This document shows, in pieces, positions 35,692 through 44,600 of a stretch of DNA of 57,181 nucleotides (position 1 is its first letter; each line of letters opens with the position of its first letter). The stretch is from an uncultured Planctomycetaceae bacterium (GTDB lineage: Bacteria; Planctomycetota; Phycisphaerae; SM23-33): contig CAZXOC010000002.1 in the NCBI GenBank assembly GCA_964642165.1, positions 21,241 to 78,421 on the forward strand, written 5' to 3'. Made by a program: the position numbers and the translations under genes. Under the pieces are notes generated by a model. That model made no database searches, was not told the origin of the DNA, and was given only the letters and a program-made list of their open reading frames with translations.

Positions 35692-38019
35692 CTATTGGGG
35701 TTTCCTCGAGCTTCGCCCCGGCTCGCCGTAGTGCCCGAACCGCTGACCGAGAAACGTCTCGGCGGCCAGCACCATGGCGAGAATCGCCAGGGCCCACGTC
35801 CAGTATTCCTTCTGCGGCTTGACCTTCACAACCCCCCCCGGGTGAGCCGCCGTCCGGTCCAGGTACACGAACTCCGCCGTCCCGAAGGCGGCGGCCAAGG
35901 CCGGCTCGCGCCCGCAGGTCAGATCGCCCTCGGCGGGGTCGACCGTTCGGGCGAAAACGACGCGCCGCGACGTCTGGTCGGGCAGGGCCAGGTCGAGCGT
36001 ATACTGCCCGGCGTGGTCCGGCCGCTCGTAGCGAAGCAGCTCCTTCGGCGCCGTGCCGGGGGCGCCGGCCTCTCGCACGGGCACGAGGGGCACGACGGGC
36101 TCTTCGGGGTGTCGCGGCGTGGTCAGGGCGGCCGCCGCGTCGCGCAGCTCGCGCGACAGCTCGAAGACGATCGGCTCGCTCACCTGCGCCGAGAGCGTCC
36201 GCTCCTGCGGCTTGGCGAGATAGGGAACCATGTCGTTGAGCAGGGCGACGAACGTGCCGTTCTCGTCGGCCGGCCAGTCGCTCCAGCGCATCGACGCCGC
36301 CGTGTAGACCATCAGGACCTGCCCCTTGCCGAACTGGCGGGCGACGATGGCCGGGGAGTTGTCCTCGTCGGCGAACCGCGCCAGGATGCGGGGCGGCTTG
36401 ATGTCGGGCGACGCGGTCGGCGCGCTCACCGGGGTGGCGCTCGTCCGCGCGTAGAACCGGATGAACCGGGTCGGGTCCGCCCCGGCAGCCAGAAAGTCGT
36501 TGAAGACCTTCAGGACTCTCTCGGCGGCGAAGCCCTTGGGGTCGAGGCGGAAGAATCGGTCGCGCTTGAGCGGGTCACCCTTTCGCGGCCCGATGCGGAA
36601 CGGGCTCAGGCCGGATCCGTCCGCGTAGAGCGGGCCGTTGTAGAACGTCGAGTTCACGTTGTCGCCCGTGAAGATCGCCAGCCCCCCGCCGGACCGCACG
36701 AAGTCCGCCAGGGCGTCGAGCAGGGGGTAGACGGCCTGGCCGTTGGCGTCGATCGTGACCGGCAGCTCCGGCACGTTCAGCAAGGCGATCAGGTCGTACT
36801 TGTCCAGCCGCGTCTCCCCCATCGCGGTGGGCGAAACCACCTCCACCCTCGTGCCCTCGCTGCCGTTGCGTTCCGGGTCCAGGGCGTGGACGAAGAAGAA
36901 CGAGGCGCTCTCGATGGGGTCGGACAGGTCCGGCCGCCCGTCGACGGCCAGCAGGTGGACCGCCTTCCGCACGTCCAGGGCCAGGTGCGCCTCGTTGTCG
37001 GCGGGGAGCTCGTCGACGGGAAGCCTGGCCGTCACGATGGCCGGCCCGGGATCCGGGCAGGTCACCTGGAACTCCAGGCGTCCCGTGCCGTGGGCGTCGA
37101 TGGCGTCGATGGCCCCGGCGGGCAGCTCGACGTCCCTCAGCCCCTCGACCGTCGTGACCTTGGCGGCCAGACGCACCTCCACGTCGTTCGCCGTCGCGTT
37201 GCTGTTGTTGCGCACCTCCAGGCGGACCCGCACCGGGACGTTCGCGACGGCGAACTTGTCCAGCATCTCCATCGATTCGACGGTCAGGTTGTTCTTGGGC
37301 TCGCGCCCGAAGTCCACCGCGATGAGCTGCACCTTCAGCCCGCGCAGGACGTCGAACTGCTTGCGGATCTCGTCGGCCTGCCTCTCGTCGGCCAGGTCCG
37401 CGCGGCGCAGGTCGCTGTAGAGGAACAGACGCCGGGTGGTGGACTTGTCGTTCTGGAAGATCTTGGCGGCCGCGGCAAGCGCCTGCGGCAGGCGGGCGCG
37501 GAGGTCGGAGGGCTTCCGCGCGCCGAGGCGTGCGGCGAGCTCCTCGATCTCGGCGTCGGCGGTGTGGGGGAGGAACGGTTCGGCCTCCTCGTCGGCCGAC
37601 GTCAGCAGGATGGCCACGTGGTCGGTGGCCGAGAGCTTCTTGATCTCCTCGACGATCTCGGTCGCCGCGGCGGCGAAGATCGGCCCGCCGCCGATGCGCT
37701 GGGCCATGGAATAGCTGTCGTCGAGCACGAAGACGGCGGTCTGGCTTTCGACGCCGCCGGGCAGGGCCTGCATGGCCCGACACCCCGTGAACCGCGCCAA
37801 CGCCACGCCCAGCAGCAGCATCGCGAGGCATCGCAGCGCCAGGAGGATCAGCTCCTCGATGCGCAGGCGGCGGCGGTTACGGCGGACGCTTTCCCAGAGG
37901 AACCGCATGGCCGCCCAGTCGATCATCCGGAACCGCCTGCGGTTGAGCAGGTGGATCAGGATCGGCACCGACACGGCCGCCACGCCCGTCCAAAGCACCG
38001 CTGGATGAAGAAACGGCAA
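35692..38019 (-). CDS. BatA-type (aerotolerance N-terminal) plus vWA domain protein
   Basis: TTG start after GTAGGAG; PILIHLLNRRRFRMIDWAAMRFL; MIDAS VLDDSYSM; C-terminal TM. Confidence 0.9.
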   Translation of the reverse strand: MPFLHPAVLWTGVAAVSVPILIHLLNRRRFRMIDWAAMRFLWESVRRNRRRLRIEELILLALRCLAMLLLGVALARFTGCRAMQALPGGVESQTAVFVLDDSYSMAQRIGGGPIFAAAATEIVEEIKKLSATDHVAILLTSADEEAEPFLPHTADAEIEELAARLGARKPSDLRARLPQALAAAAKIFQNDKSTTRRLFLYSDLRRADLADERQADEIRKQFDVLRGLKVQLIAVDFGREPKNNLTVESMEMLDKFAVANVPVRVRLEVRNNSNATANDVEVRLAAKVTTVEGLRDVELPAGAIDAIDAHGTGRLEFQVTCPDPGPAIVTARLPVDELPADNEAHLALDVRKAVHLLAVDGRPDLSDPIESASFFFVHALDPERNGSEGTRVEVVSPTAMGETRLDKYDLIALLNVPELPVTIDANGQAVYPLLDALADFVRSGGGLAIFTGDNVNSTFYNGPLYADGSGLSPFRIGPRKGDPLKRDRFFRLDPKGFAAERVLKVFNDFLAAGADPTRFIRFYARTSATPVSAPTASPDIKPPRILARFADEDNSPAIVARQFGKGQVLMVYTAASMRWSDWPADENGTFVALLNDMVPYLAKPQERTLSAQVSEPIVFELSRELRDAAAALTTPRHPEEPVVPLVPVREAGAPGTAPKELLRYERPDHAGQYTLDLALPDQTSRRVVFARTVDPAEGDLTCGREPALAAAFGTAEFVYLDRTAAHPGGVVKVKPQKEYWTWALAILAMVLAAETFLGQRFGHYGEPGRSSRKPQ

Positions 38020-38070
38020 CGTCGATCTCCTACCTTGGCCCGTTCATTGATGCGTGGCTGTCACCGCATC

Positions 38071-38134
38071 CGTCGCGGCGGACAGGGCCCGCGCGGGTCG
38101 TCGCGGGGACGACCGGCCCGTGGGGCCGTCGCGG
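38071..38134. repeat. Three CGTCGCGG cores at exact 28-nt period in an intra-operon gap
   Basis: Copies start at 38071, 38099 and 38127; units 1 and 2 also share GGCCCG. Confidence 0.65.
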
Positions 38135-38185
38135 GTGTCGTCGTCTTCGTGGTCCTCGTGATCGCATGGTGGCGTCTCGATCGGG

Positions 38186-39124
38186 TCACCGCTTGCTCCC
38201 CGCCTTGCGCGTGGCGGCGGCGCGGGCGGAGAGGAACGCCAGCAGCGCCGCGTCCAGGTGGTCGGCGGTGGAGATCAGCTTGTAATCGACGCGGCTGGCG
38301 ATGCACTTGCGCTTCACGTCCGTGCAGAAGCGGTCCACCGCCTGGAGGTATCCCTCGCGCAGCGCCCGCGGCTCGATCATGATGTTGCCCGTCGCCTCCA
38401 GCCCGCGGAACATCGTGTTGCCCTGGAACGGGAACGTCAGCTCGTCCTCGTCCATCACGTGCAGGACGATCACCTCGTGGTCGTAATGGCGGAAGTGCTG
38501 GAGGCCCCGGATCACGCCGTCCGTGTCCACGAACAGGTCGCTCACCAGGCACACCAGCCCGCGGCGGGGAATCTTCTCCGCCACGGAGTGGCAGATCGGC
38601 TCCAGCGACGTCTTGGCCTTCGGCTCGATCACGTCCATCGCGTGCACGAGCGACTTGATCTGGTTGGGGTTCGCCGAGGCCGGCACGTACGTCCGCAGGT
38701 CCTCGTCGAAGACCGCCAGGCCGACCGCGTCCTGCTGCTGGAGCAGGAGGAAGCCGAGGGAAGCCGCCACGGCCACCGCGTACTCGTACTTCGACATGCG
38801 CCCGGAGCGCCCCGTGCCGTACAGCATCGACTCGCTGCCGTCCACCAGGAAGAGGGCCTTGAGGTTCGTCTCCTCCTCGTACTGCTTGATGTAGTACCGG
38901 TCGGTGCGCCCGAGGACCTTCCAGTCGATGTGCTTGATGTCGTCCCCGGGCGCATACTCGCGGTGCGAGGCGAACTCGACGCTGAACCCGTAGAACGGGC
39001 TGCGGTGCAGGCCCGAGATGAACCCCTCCACGACCAGGCGGGCCTGGAGGTCCAGGCGCGTGATCTTCGAGAGGACCTTGGGGTCCAGGTACTTCCTCAG
39101 TTCCTCAACGGTGGTCTTGGCCAT
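38186..39124 (-). CDS. DUF58 family protein (MoxR-associated, vWA-like)
   Basis: LHRSPFYGFSVEFASHREYAPGDDIKHIDWK; LVDGSESM; VSDL. Confidence 0.93.
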   Translation of the reverse strand: MAKTTVEELRKYLDPKVLSKITRLDLQARLVVEGFISGLHRSPFYGFSVEFASHREYAPGDDIKHIDWKVLGRTDRYYIKQYEEETNLKALFLVDGSESMLYGTGRSGRMSKYEYAVAVAASLGFLLLQQQDAVGLAVFDEDLRTYVPASANPNQIKSLVHAMDVIEPKAKTSLEPICHSVAEKIPRRGLVCLVSDLFVDTDGVIRGLQHFRHYDHEVIVLHVMDEDELTFPFQGNTMFRGLEATGNIMIEPRALREGYLQAVDRFCTDVKRKCIASRVDYKLISTADHLDAALLAFLSARAAATRKAGSKR

Positions 39125-39218
39125 GCGCTCGTCTGTCCGGAGTGTCGTGTCCGTGCTCTTCGAGGCAACTCACCCCCGGCCACGCCGGGCCGGGGCTCTA
39201 GGGCGGCGGGCGGACGCC

Positions 39219-40310
39219 CTACGGTTCGACCGCCTTGGCGGTGGCCGGGTTCGTGGCGATGGCGCTCTCCTGGGCGGGGATGATCTCCAGGAGCCGGTCC
39301 ACGATCCGGTCGACGGTCATGCCCTCGGCGTCGGCGTTGAAGTTCGTCACGATGCGGTGGCGCAGGACCGGCCTGGCGACCGCCTGGATGTCCTCGGTGG
39401 ACACGTGCACGCGCCCGTGCAGGACGGCGCGGACCTTGCCGCCGAGGGTCAGGTACTGGCAGGCCCTCGGCCCGGCGCCCCAACTGACGTAGTCCCGGAC
39501 GACCGGCGGCGGGGCCGTGTCCGTGTCGATCACGCGCGTCGCCCGCACGAGCCGCATCGCGTACTGGATGACGTGGTCCGACACCGGCACGCGACGGATG
39601 ATCTCCTGGAGCTGGATGATCTCCTCGCCCGTCAGGACGTGCGACAACTGCACGTCCTGGATCGCCGTCGTCAGCCGCACGATGTCGAATTCCTCGTCCC
39701 AGTTGGGGTACTTCACGAAGATCTTGAACATGAACCGGTCCTGCTGGGCCTCCGGCAGCGGGTAGGTGCCCTCCTGCTCGATGGGGTTCTGCGTCGCCAG
39801 GACGAAGAAGGGGTCCTTCATCGGCATGCGCTTCCCGCCGGCCGTCACCTGACGCTCCTGCATCGCCTCCAGCAGCGCCGCCTGCGTCTTCGGCGGCGTC
39901 CGGTTGATCTCGTCGGCCAGGATGACGTTGTTGAAGATCGGCCCGTGGAGGAACCGGAAGTCCCGCGTCCCCGTCGAGCGGTCCTCCTGGATGACCTCCG
40001 TGCCGGTAATGTCCGAGGGCATCAGGTCCGGCGTGAACTGGATCCGCGCGAAGTCCAGCTCCAGGCACTGGGCCAGCGAGGAGACCATCAGCGTCTTGGC
40101 CAGGCCCGGCACGCCCTCCAGGATGGCGTGCCCCCGCGCGAAGATGCACATCAGCAGCTCCTCGAGCACCGCCTCCTGCCCTACGATCGCCCTGGCCATC
40201 TCCCGGCAGATGGTCTGGTAGGCCTCGGAGAGGCGTTCGGCCGCCTGGATGTCATCCCGGTTGAGTTCCTTGTCGTCCGCCCTTGGTTCGTTCGCTTCCG
40301 CTTCAGTCAC
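39219..40310 (-). CDS. MoxR family AAA+ ATPase
   Basis: Walker [24 protein letters not shown], Walker [33 protein letters not shown] at 40310 with a GAGGAG RBS. Confidence 0.96.
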   Translation of the reverse strand: MTEAEANEPRADDKELNRDDIQAAERLSEAYQTICREMARAIVGQEAVLEELLMCIFARGHAILEGVPGLAKTLMVSSLAQCLELDFARIQFTPDLMPSDITGTEVIQEDRSTGTRDFRFLHGPIFNNVILADEINRTPPKTQAALLEAMQERQVTAGGKRMPMKDPFFVLATQNPIEQEGTYPLPEAQQDRFMFKIFVKYPNWDEEFDIVRLTTAIQDVQLSHVLTGEEIIQLQEIIRRVPVSDHVIQYAMRLVRATRVIDTDTAPPPVVRDYVSWGAGPRACQYLTLGGKVRAVLHGRVHVSTEDIQAVARPVLRHRIVTNFNADAEGMTVDRIVDRLLEIIPAQESAIATNPATAKAVEP

Positions 40311-40481
40311 GTCGCTCTCCTCTTGGCTGGCCGCGGCCGGCACTCGGTTGTCGGCTTCTCATTCTCCGCTGCGGGCGATTCGCCTTCCGCGGGGTCTTGC
40401 CGATTTGCCTTCCCCCCGTTCGCCGGGGCAGGGGCGATCTCGGGAACGGCTGGGCGTCGGCAGAAGGCGGATCGCCACTGG

Positions 40482-41624
40482 CTACTTCTGGCAGATCGGC
40501 AGGTAATTGTACGGGAGCTGGAGGATGATGGTGGCGAGGGCCGTGCCGTACGTCGTGCCGACGCTGTCGCCGTTCCAGCTTCCGTCGGGGCTCTGCAATT
40601 GCAGCAGTCGGTCGCGAATCTGCGGGTAGTAGGTTTTCCAGTCCTGGCCGCCGCGCTGGTACCACGCCTGCGCCAGGTAAAAGTGGGTGTAGAAGTAATG
40701 CCCGCCCCAGGCGCCGCCGCCGCTGACGTTGACGCGCCCGCGGACGTAGCGGACGAGCTTCTCGACCATTTCGGCCTCGGCGCCCTTGCCGCCGGTCTTC
40801 CGGTCGTAGATGCCGGCGGCATAGAAGCAGGTGATGGCCGCCGCGGAGATCGCCGGGCGCGACGAGCCCCGGCTTCGCGCCGAGTAACAGATGCCGCCGT
40901 CGCCCTGCTGGCAGTACTTCAGGTAGGCCACCGCGCGGTCGATCGTGCTCTTCGGCACCTTGATGCCCACGTTGCGGCAGGCCCGCAGCGCCTGGAGCTG
41001 CGTGACCGTCACCGACCCCTCGTCCCCCCGGCTGGTCGGCGTGTAGATCCACCCGCCGGCGTGCGCGTGCTGGGCGCCCAGGTCGGACTGCGCCTTGGCC
41101 GTCAGCCCCACCGCCTTGGTGAGCACGCCCTGGAGGTCCTTTTCGTACTCGCGGCTGATCTCCGTGCCGTAGCACTGGGCGAGGAACAGCATGGAGAAGC
41201 CGTGGCCGTACATGCTCCGGCTCTCCGAGCCCGGGCCGCCGATGAGCCCGTCCCCGTGGCTCTTGGCGACGCGCAGCAGGTAGCTCATCGCGCGGGTGAC
41301 GTTGCGGCAGTACGGGCCCGTCTCGGGCGTCGAGCCGTTGCCCATCATCGCCACGCCGGCCAGCGCGGTCATGGCGGCCGGATACGTCCCGTACCCGCCG
41401 CTGTTGAGCCAGCTCCCGTCGGGGCGCTGCGTCTTGGCCAGGTAGTTCAGTCCGCGGTCGATCGCCTTGACGGTCTTTCGCGTGACCATCTCCGGCAGCA
41501 TCGCGCTGGGCGCATCGGCCCGCGCCGCCGGGACGATCGCCTGCCCGCAGGCCGCCGCAGCCGCCGCAAGGACCAGCCACGGCCGCCGCCTGGGGGCGCG
41601 TCGCCGCATCTCAACGCTCGCCAT
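40482..41624 (-). CDS. Secreted prenyltransferase/squalene-oxidase-repeat (alpha/alpha toroid) protein
   Basis: Signal peptide; QRPDGSW and QSPDGSW QW-type repeats; GGWIY; AVAYLKYCQQGDGGICY. Confidence 0.88.
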   Translation of the reverse strand: MASVEMRRRAPRRRPWLVLAAAAAACGQAIVPAARADAPSAMLPEMVTRKTVKAIDRGLNYLAKTQRPDGSWLNSGGYGTYPAAMTALAGVAMMGNGSTPETGPYCRNVTRAMSYLLRVAKSHGDGLIGGPGSESRSMYGHGFSMLFLAQCYGTEISREYEKDLQGVLTKAVGLTAKAQSDLGAQHAHAGGWIYTPTSRGDEGSVTVTQLQALRACRNVGIKVPKSTIDRAVAYLKYCQQGDGGICYSARSRGSSRPAISAAAITCFYAAGIYDRKTGGKGAEAEMVEKLVRYVRGRVNVSGGGAWGGHYFYTHFYLAQAWYQRGGQDWKTYYPQIRDRLLQLQSPDGSWNGDSVGTTYGTALATIILQLPYNYLPICQK

Positions 41625-44600
41625 AGATTATCACTCCTTTCGAGGTCTCCGCGCACAGGCGCCCGTTGGTGAGGACCGGCGGGCCCGTGCCCTGGCGCCG
41701 GCGGCTCTCGTCCGGGGCGGGCGCGCCGCCGCGGAGATCGATCTTCTGCGCCGCCTTGCCCGTCTGCGAGTGCAGCACGTACGCGTAGTACGGGAAGGCC
41801 GCCTGGTAGTGCCTCGCCGTGACGACCACGTGATCCCTGCCCAGGACGATCGGCGGCATGCTCTGGTAGTACCAGTTCTTGTGCTCGTCGAAGTCGACGC
41901 TCCAGCGGTGCTTCTCGTCGGAGACGGTGAACTTCTGGATGTTCAACCCCCGCACGCTGCTCAGGCGCCCGTAGATCGCCTTCCGGCGGCCGGAAAAGCT
42001 GGGAGCACAAAGGACGTAGAGACCGTCGTCCTGGAAGCGGGCATCGAACGGGATGGCCGCCGCCCCGTGGACGGGCCGGGCCTGAAGCGTCGCCAGCTTG
42101 CCGCCCCCCAGCACGGAGAGGACCTCGATTCGCCCGGAAGTGTTCTGCGGGGACACCGCGATCTGCTCGGCGGAGATCGCCAGGATCGCCGGGTACTTCG
42201 CCGCGTTGTGCTGCTGCCGCCAGAGGGGCTTGTCGAGCTTGCCCAGTTCCCGCACCGTCAGCTCGCCGTTGACGATCATCGCCAGCAGGCCGTCCGGGGT
42301 CACCTCGCACTGGGTCCACTGGCTCGCCGAACCGTCGGGCGGCCACCTGCCGACGACCCGCCCGCCCTTGGCGAGGCTGAAGCAGGTCACCCTCTTGCCG
42401 CTGTCGTGCTGGAAGACGACCATGTCGCCGACGATCCGCGGCGGGCCGCTCGGGCAGCGGTTGCCGCCCACGAGGTTGCCCTGCCAGGACATCTCGCCGG
42501 TGGCGATGTCCAGGCAACTGACCTTCCCGCTGCGGTCGGCCACCACCAGCACGCCGGAGCCGACGCCCATCGTGTAGAACGACGCGATGCCGATCTTGGC
42601 CATCTGCCGGTCCCAGACGACCTTGGCGGAAACCAGGTCCAACCCGCGGATGGACTTGCGGTCGGCCACCGCCAGCACCTTGCCGTCCCGGCTGACGCCG
42701 CCGACGAGGCGCATGCCCGGCGGGTAGTGGGCGTACTTCTTGGCGTCGTCCTTGTCCACGCTGGCCAGGCCCTTCCATTCGGCCAGGGCCTTGGCCTCGC
42801 TGTCCGCGGCGGTGTCCAGCAGGTACGCGTCGCCGTCCTTGATGATGGCGATCTTCTCGCCGAGGCGGATGGGTCGCAGCTCCTGGTCCCGCAGCACGCA
42901 GACGTGCTCGCCCTTGACCTGGAAGACCTCCGCCAGCGGCGGGCGGACCGTCGAGACCATCCGCATCGGGCGCGACGAGTTGGCCAACTTGCCCCCCTCG
43001 ATCAGCTTCAGCACGTCTCGCAGCTTGCCCCGCACGTCCGCGAAGGCCACCTCCGTCTCGCCGTCCAGGTCCGCCAGGACCTCGCACTCCTTCTGCGCCG
43101 AGGTCTTCCAGCCGCCTCGCGAGTAGATCGTCGCCAGGGCGACACTCGCCGAAACGCGCAGCGGGCTGTCCTTCGTCCGCGCGACGCGGTACAGGTGGCG
43201 CCGCGCCTCGGCCAGGTCGTCGTCGGCGCTGGCCTTGTCCGCTTGGGCGCGCCGGTAGAAGAGCTCCGCCGCCTCGAACAACGCGTCGTCGGCCCACTGG
43301 CTGTTCGGCCAGCGCTTCTCGACGTCCAGGACCCGGTCGACCTCCCCGGCCGCACGCGCCTCGTCGAAGGCCCGCTTGGCCTCCGCGTCGAACTTCGCGT
43401 AACACTCGTGCCCGTGCTTCGCCAGCAGGTCCCTGACGTACGCCCGCACCAGCTTGTCGCCACGGACGGTCCGCCGGCGCGGCCCGGAGCGGACCGCATC
43501 GCCGGCCTCCGGCCCGATCACAATGTCGTAGAGCTCTTCCTCGCCGTACTCCTCGGCGACCTGCTGGGCCAGCTCCACCGCCGCGGTGTATTCCCCGACC
43601 CGCTCGTGGTACTTCGCCAGCCGCAGCTTCAGGTGGGCCTTGTCCAGCGTGGTGGTCGCGTACGCCTCGGCGTGGAGGAACATCTCGTGCATCTGCGCGT
43701 CGCCGGCCGCGTGGTTCCCCAAGGCCACGTAGGTCATGTACAGCAGCGGGGGAAGCTGCGCGCCCGTCTGGGTGTCGCCCTGGGCCTTGGTCAGCGCCTC
43801 GCAGGCCTTGAAGTCCTCCAGGGCCTTGGCGTACCGCTTGGCGTCGTAGGCGAGCTGCGCCCGCTGCTTCAGCAGCGGCGGGCGCTGCGGCGCCGGGGTC
43901 GACTCGATCCGGCGGGTCAGCTCCTCCCGCGCCGAGTCGTAGCCGAAGTACGTGCAGACGCCCAGCATGCTGGCGGAGATGAGCTTGCCGTTGGCGCTGA
44001 CCAGGTTGCCCAGGAAGCCGTCCGCCGACGCCAGCCCCAGCGGGCTCGTGCCGTAGGTCTTCAGGTCCATCGACTCGACGCGCCCCATCGCGCTGGCCAG
44101 GACCTCGTGCGACGTGACCGCCGGGCGCCCGCTGATTCCCACGTCCTCCGAGCCGCGGTTCAGCTCCGCGCCGTCGATGACGCGGCGGACGATCAGCCCC
44201 GGGCCGCTCATCAGGACGCGATCGGCGTCGATGGCGCTGAGGTCCATCTGGCTGCGCCGGTTGCCCGCCCACCGCAGTTCGCCGGTGGCGGCGTCCAGCC
44301 CCAGCAGCTTCTCGCTGTCGGCGGGAAGGCACACCACGTTCCCGCGCGACACGATGATCGGGTTGCCCGGCGGATGGACGCCGAGGCGGCCCGGGTAGCG
44401 GGACGATACCGACGAGATGCTTCCGGGGCGGTTGACCACGCTCGTGTACTGGTAGGCCCACAGCGGCTCGCCGGTCTCTTCCTCGAAGCCCGCCACGGCG
44501 CCGCTGTTCGTCGTCACGTACACGCGCCCGTCGGCCACCGCCGGCGGGCTGCCGACGCTCAGCCGCGGGTCGGCGCCGATGGCGTAGCTGCTCCGTCGAC

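Noticed and set aside
38030-38188. Selenocysteine or readthrough extension of DUF58 (TGA followed by an in-frame open stretch)
   Set aside because: DUF58 is already full length, the extension is low-complexity, and I see no convincing SECIS.
40482-41624. Squalene-hopene cyclase / hopanoid biosynthesis call
   Set aside because: Single toroid of 380 aa, has a signal peptide, lacks DxDD, and no hpn genes are nearby.
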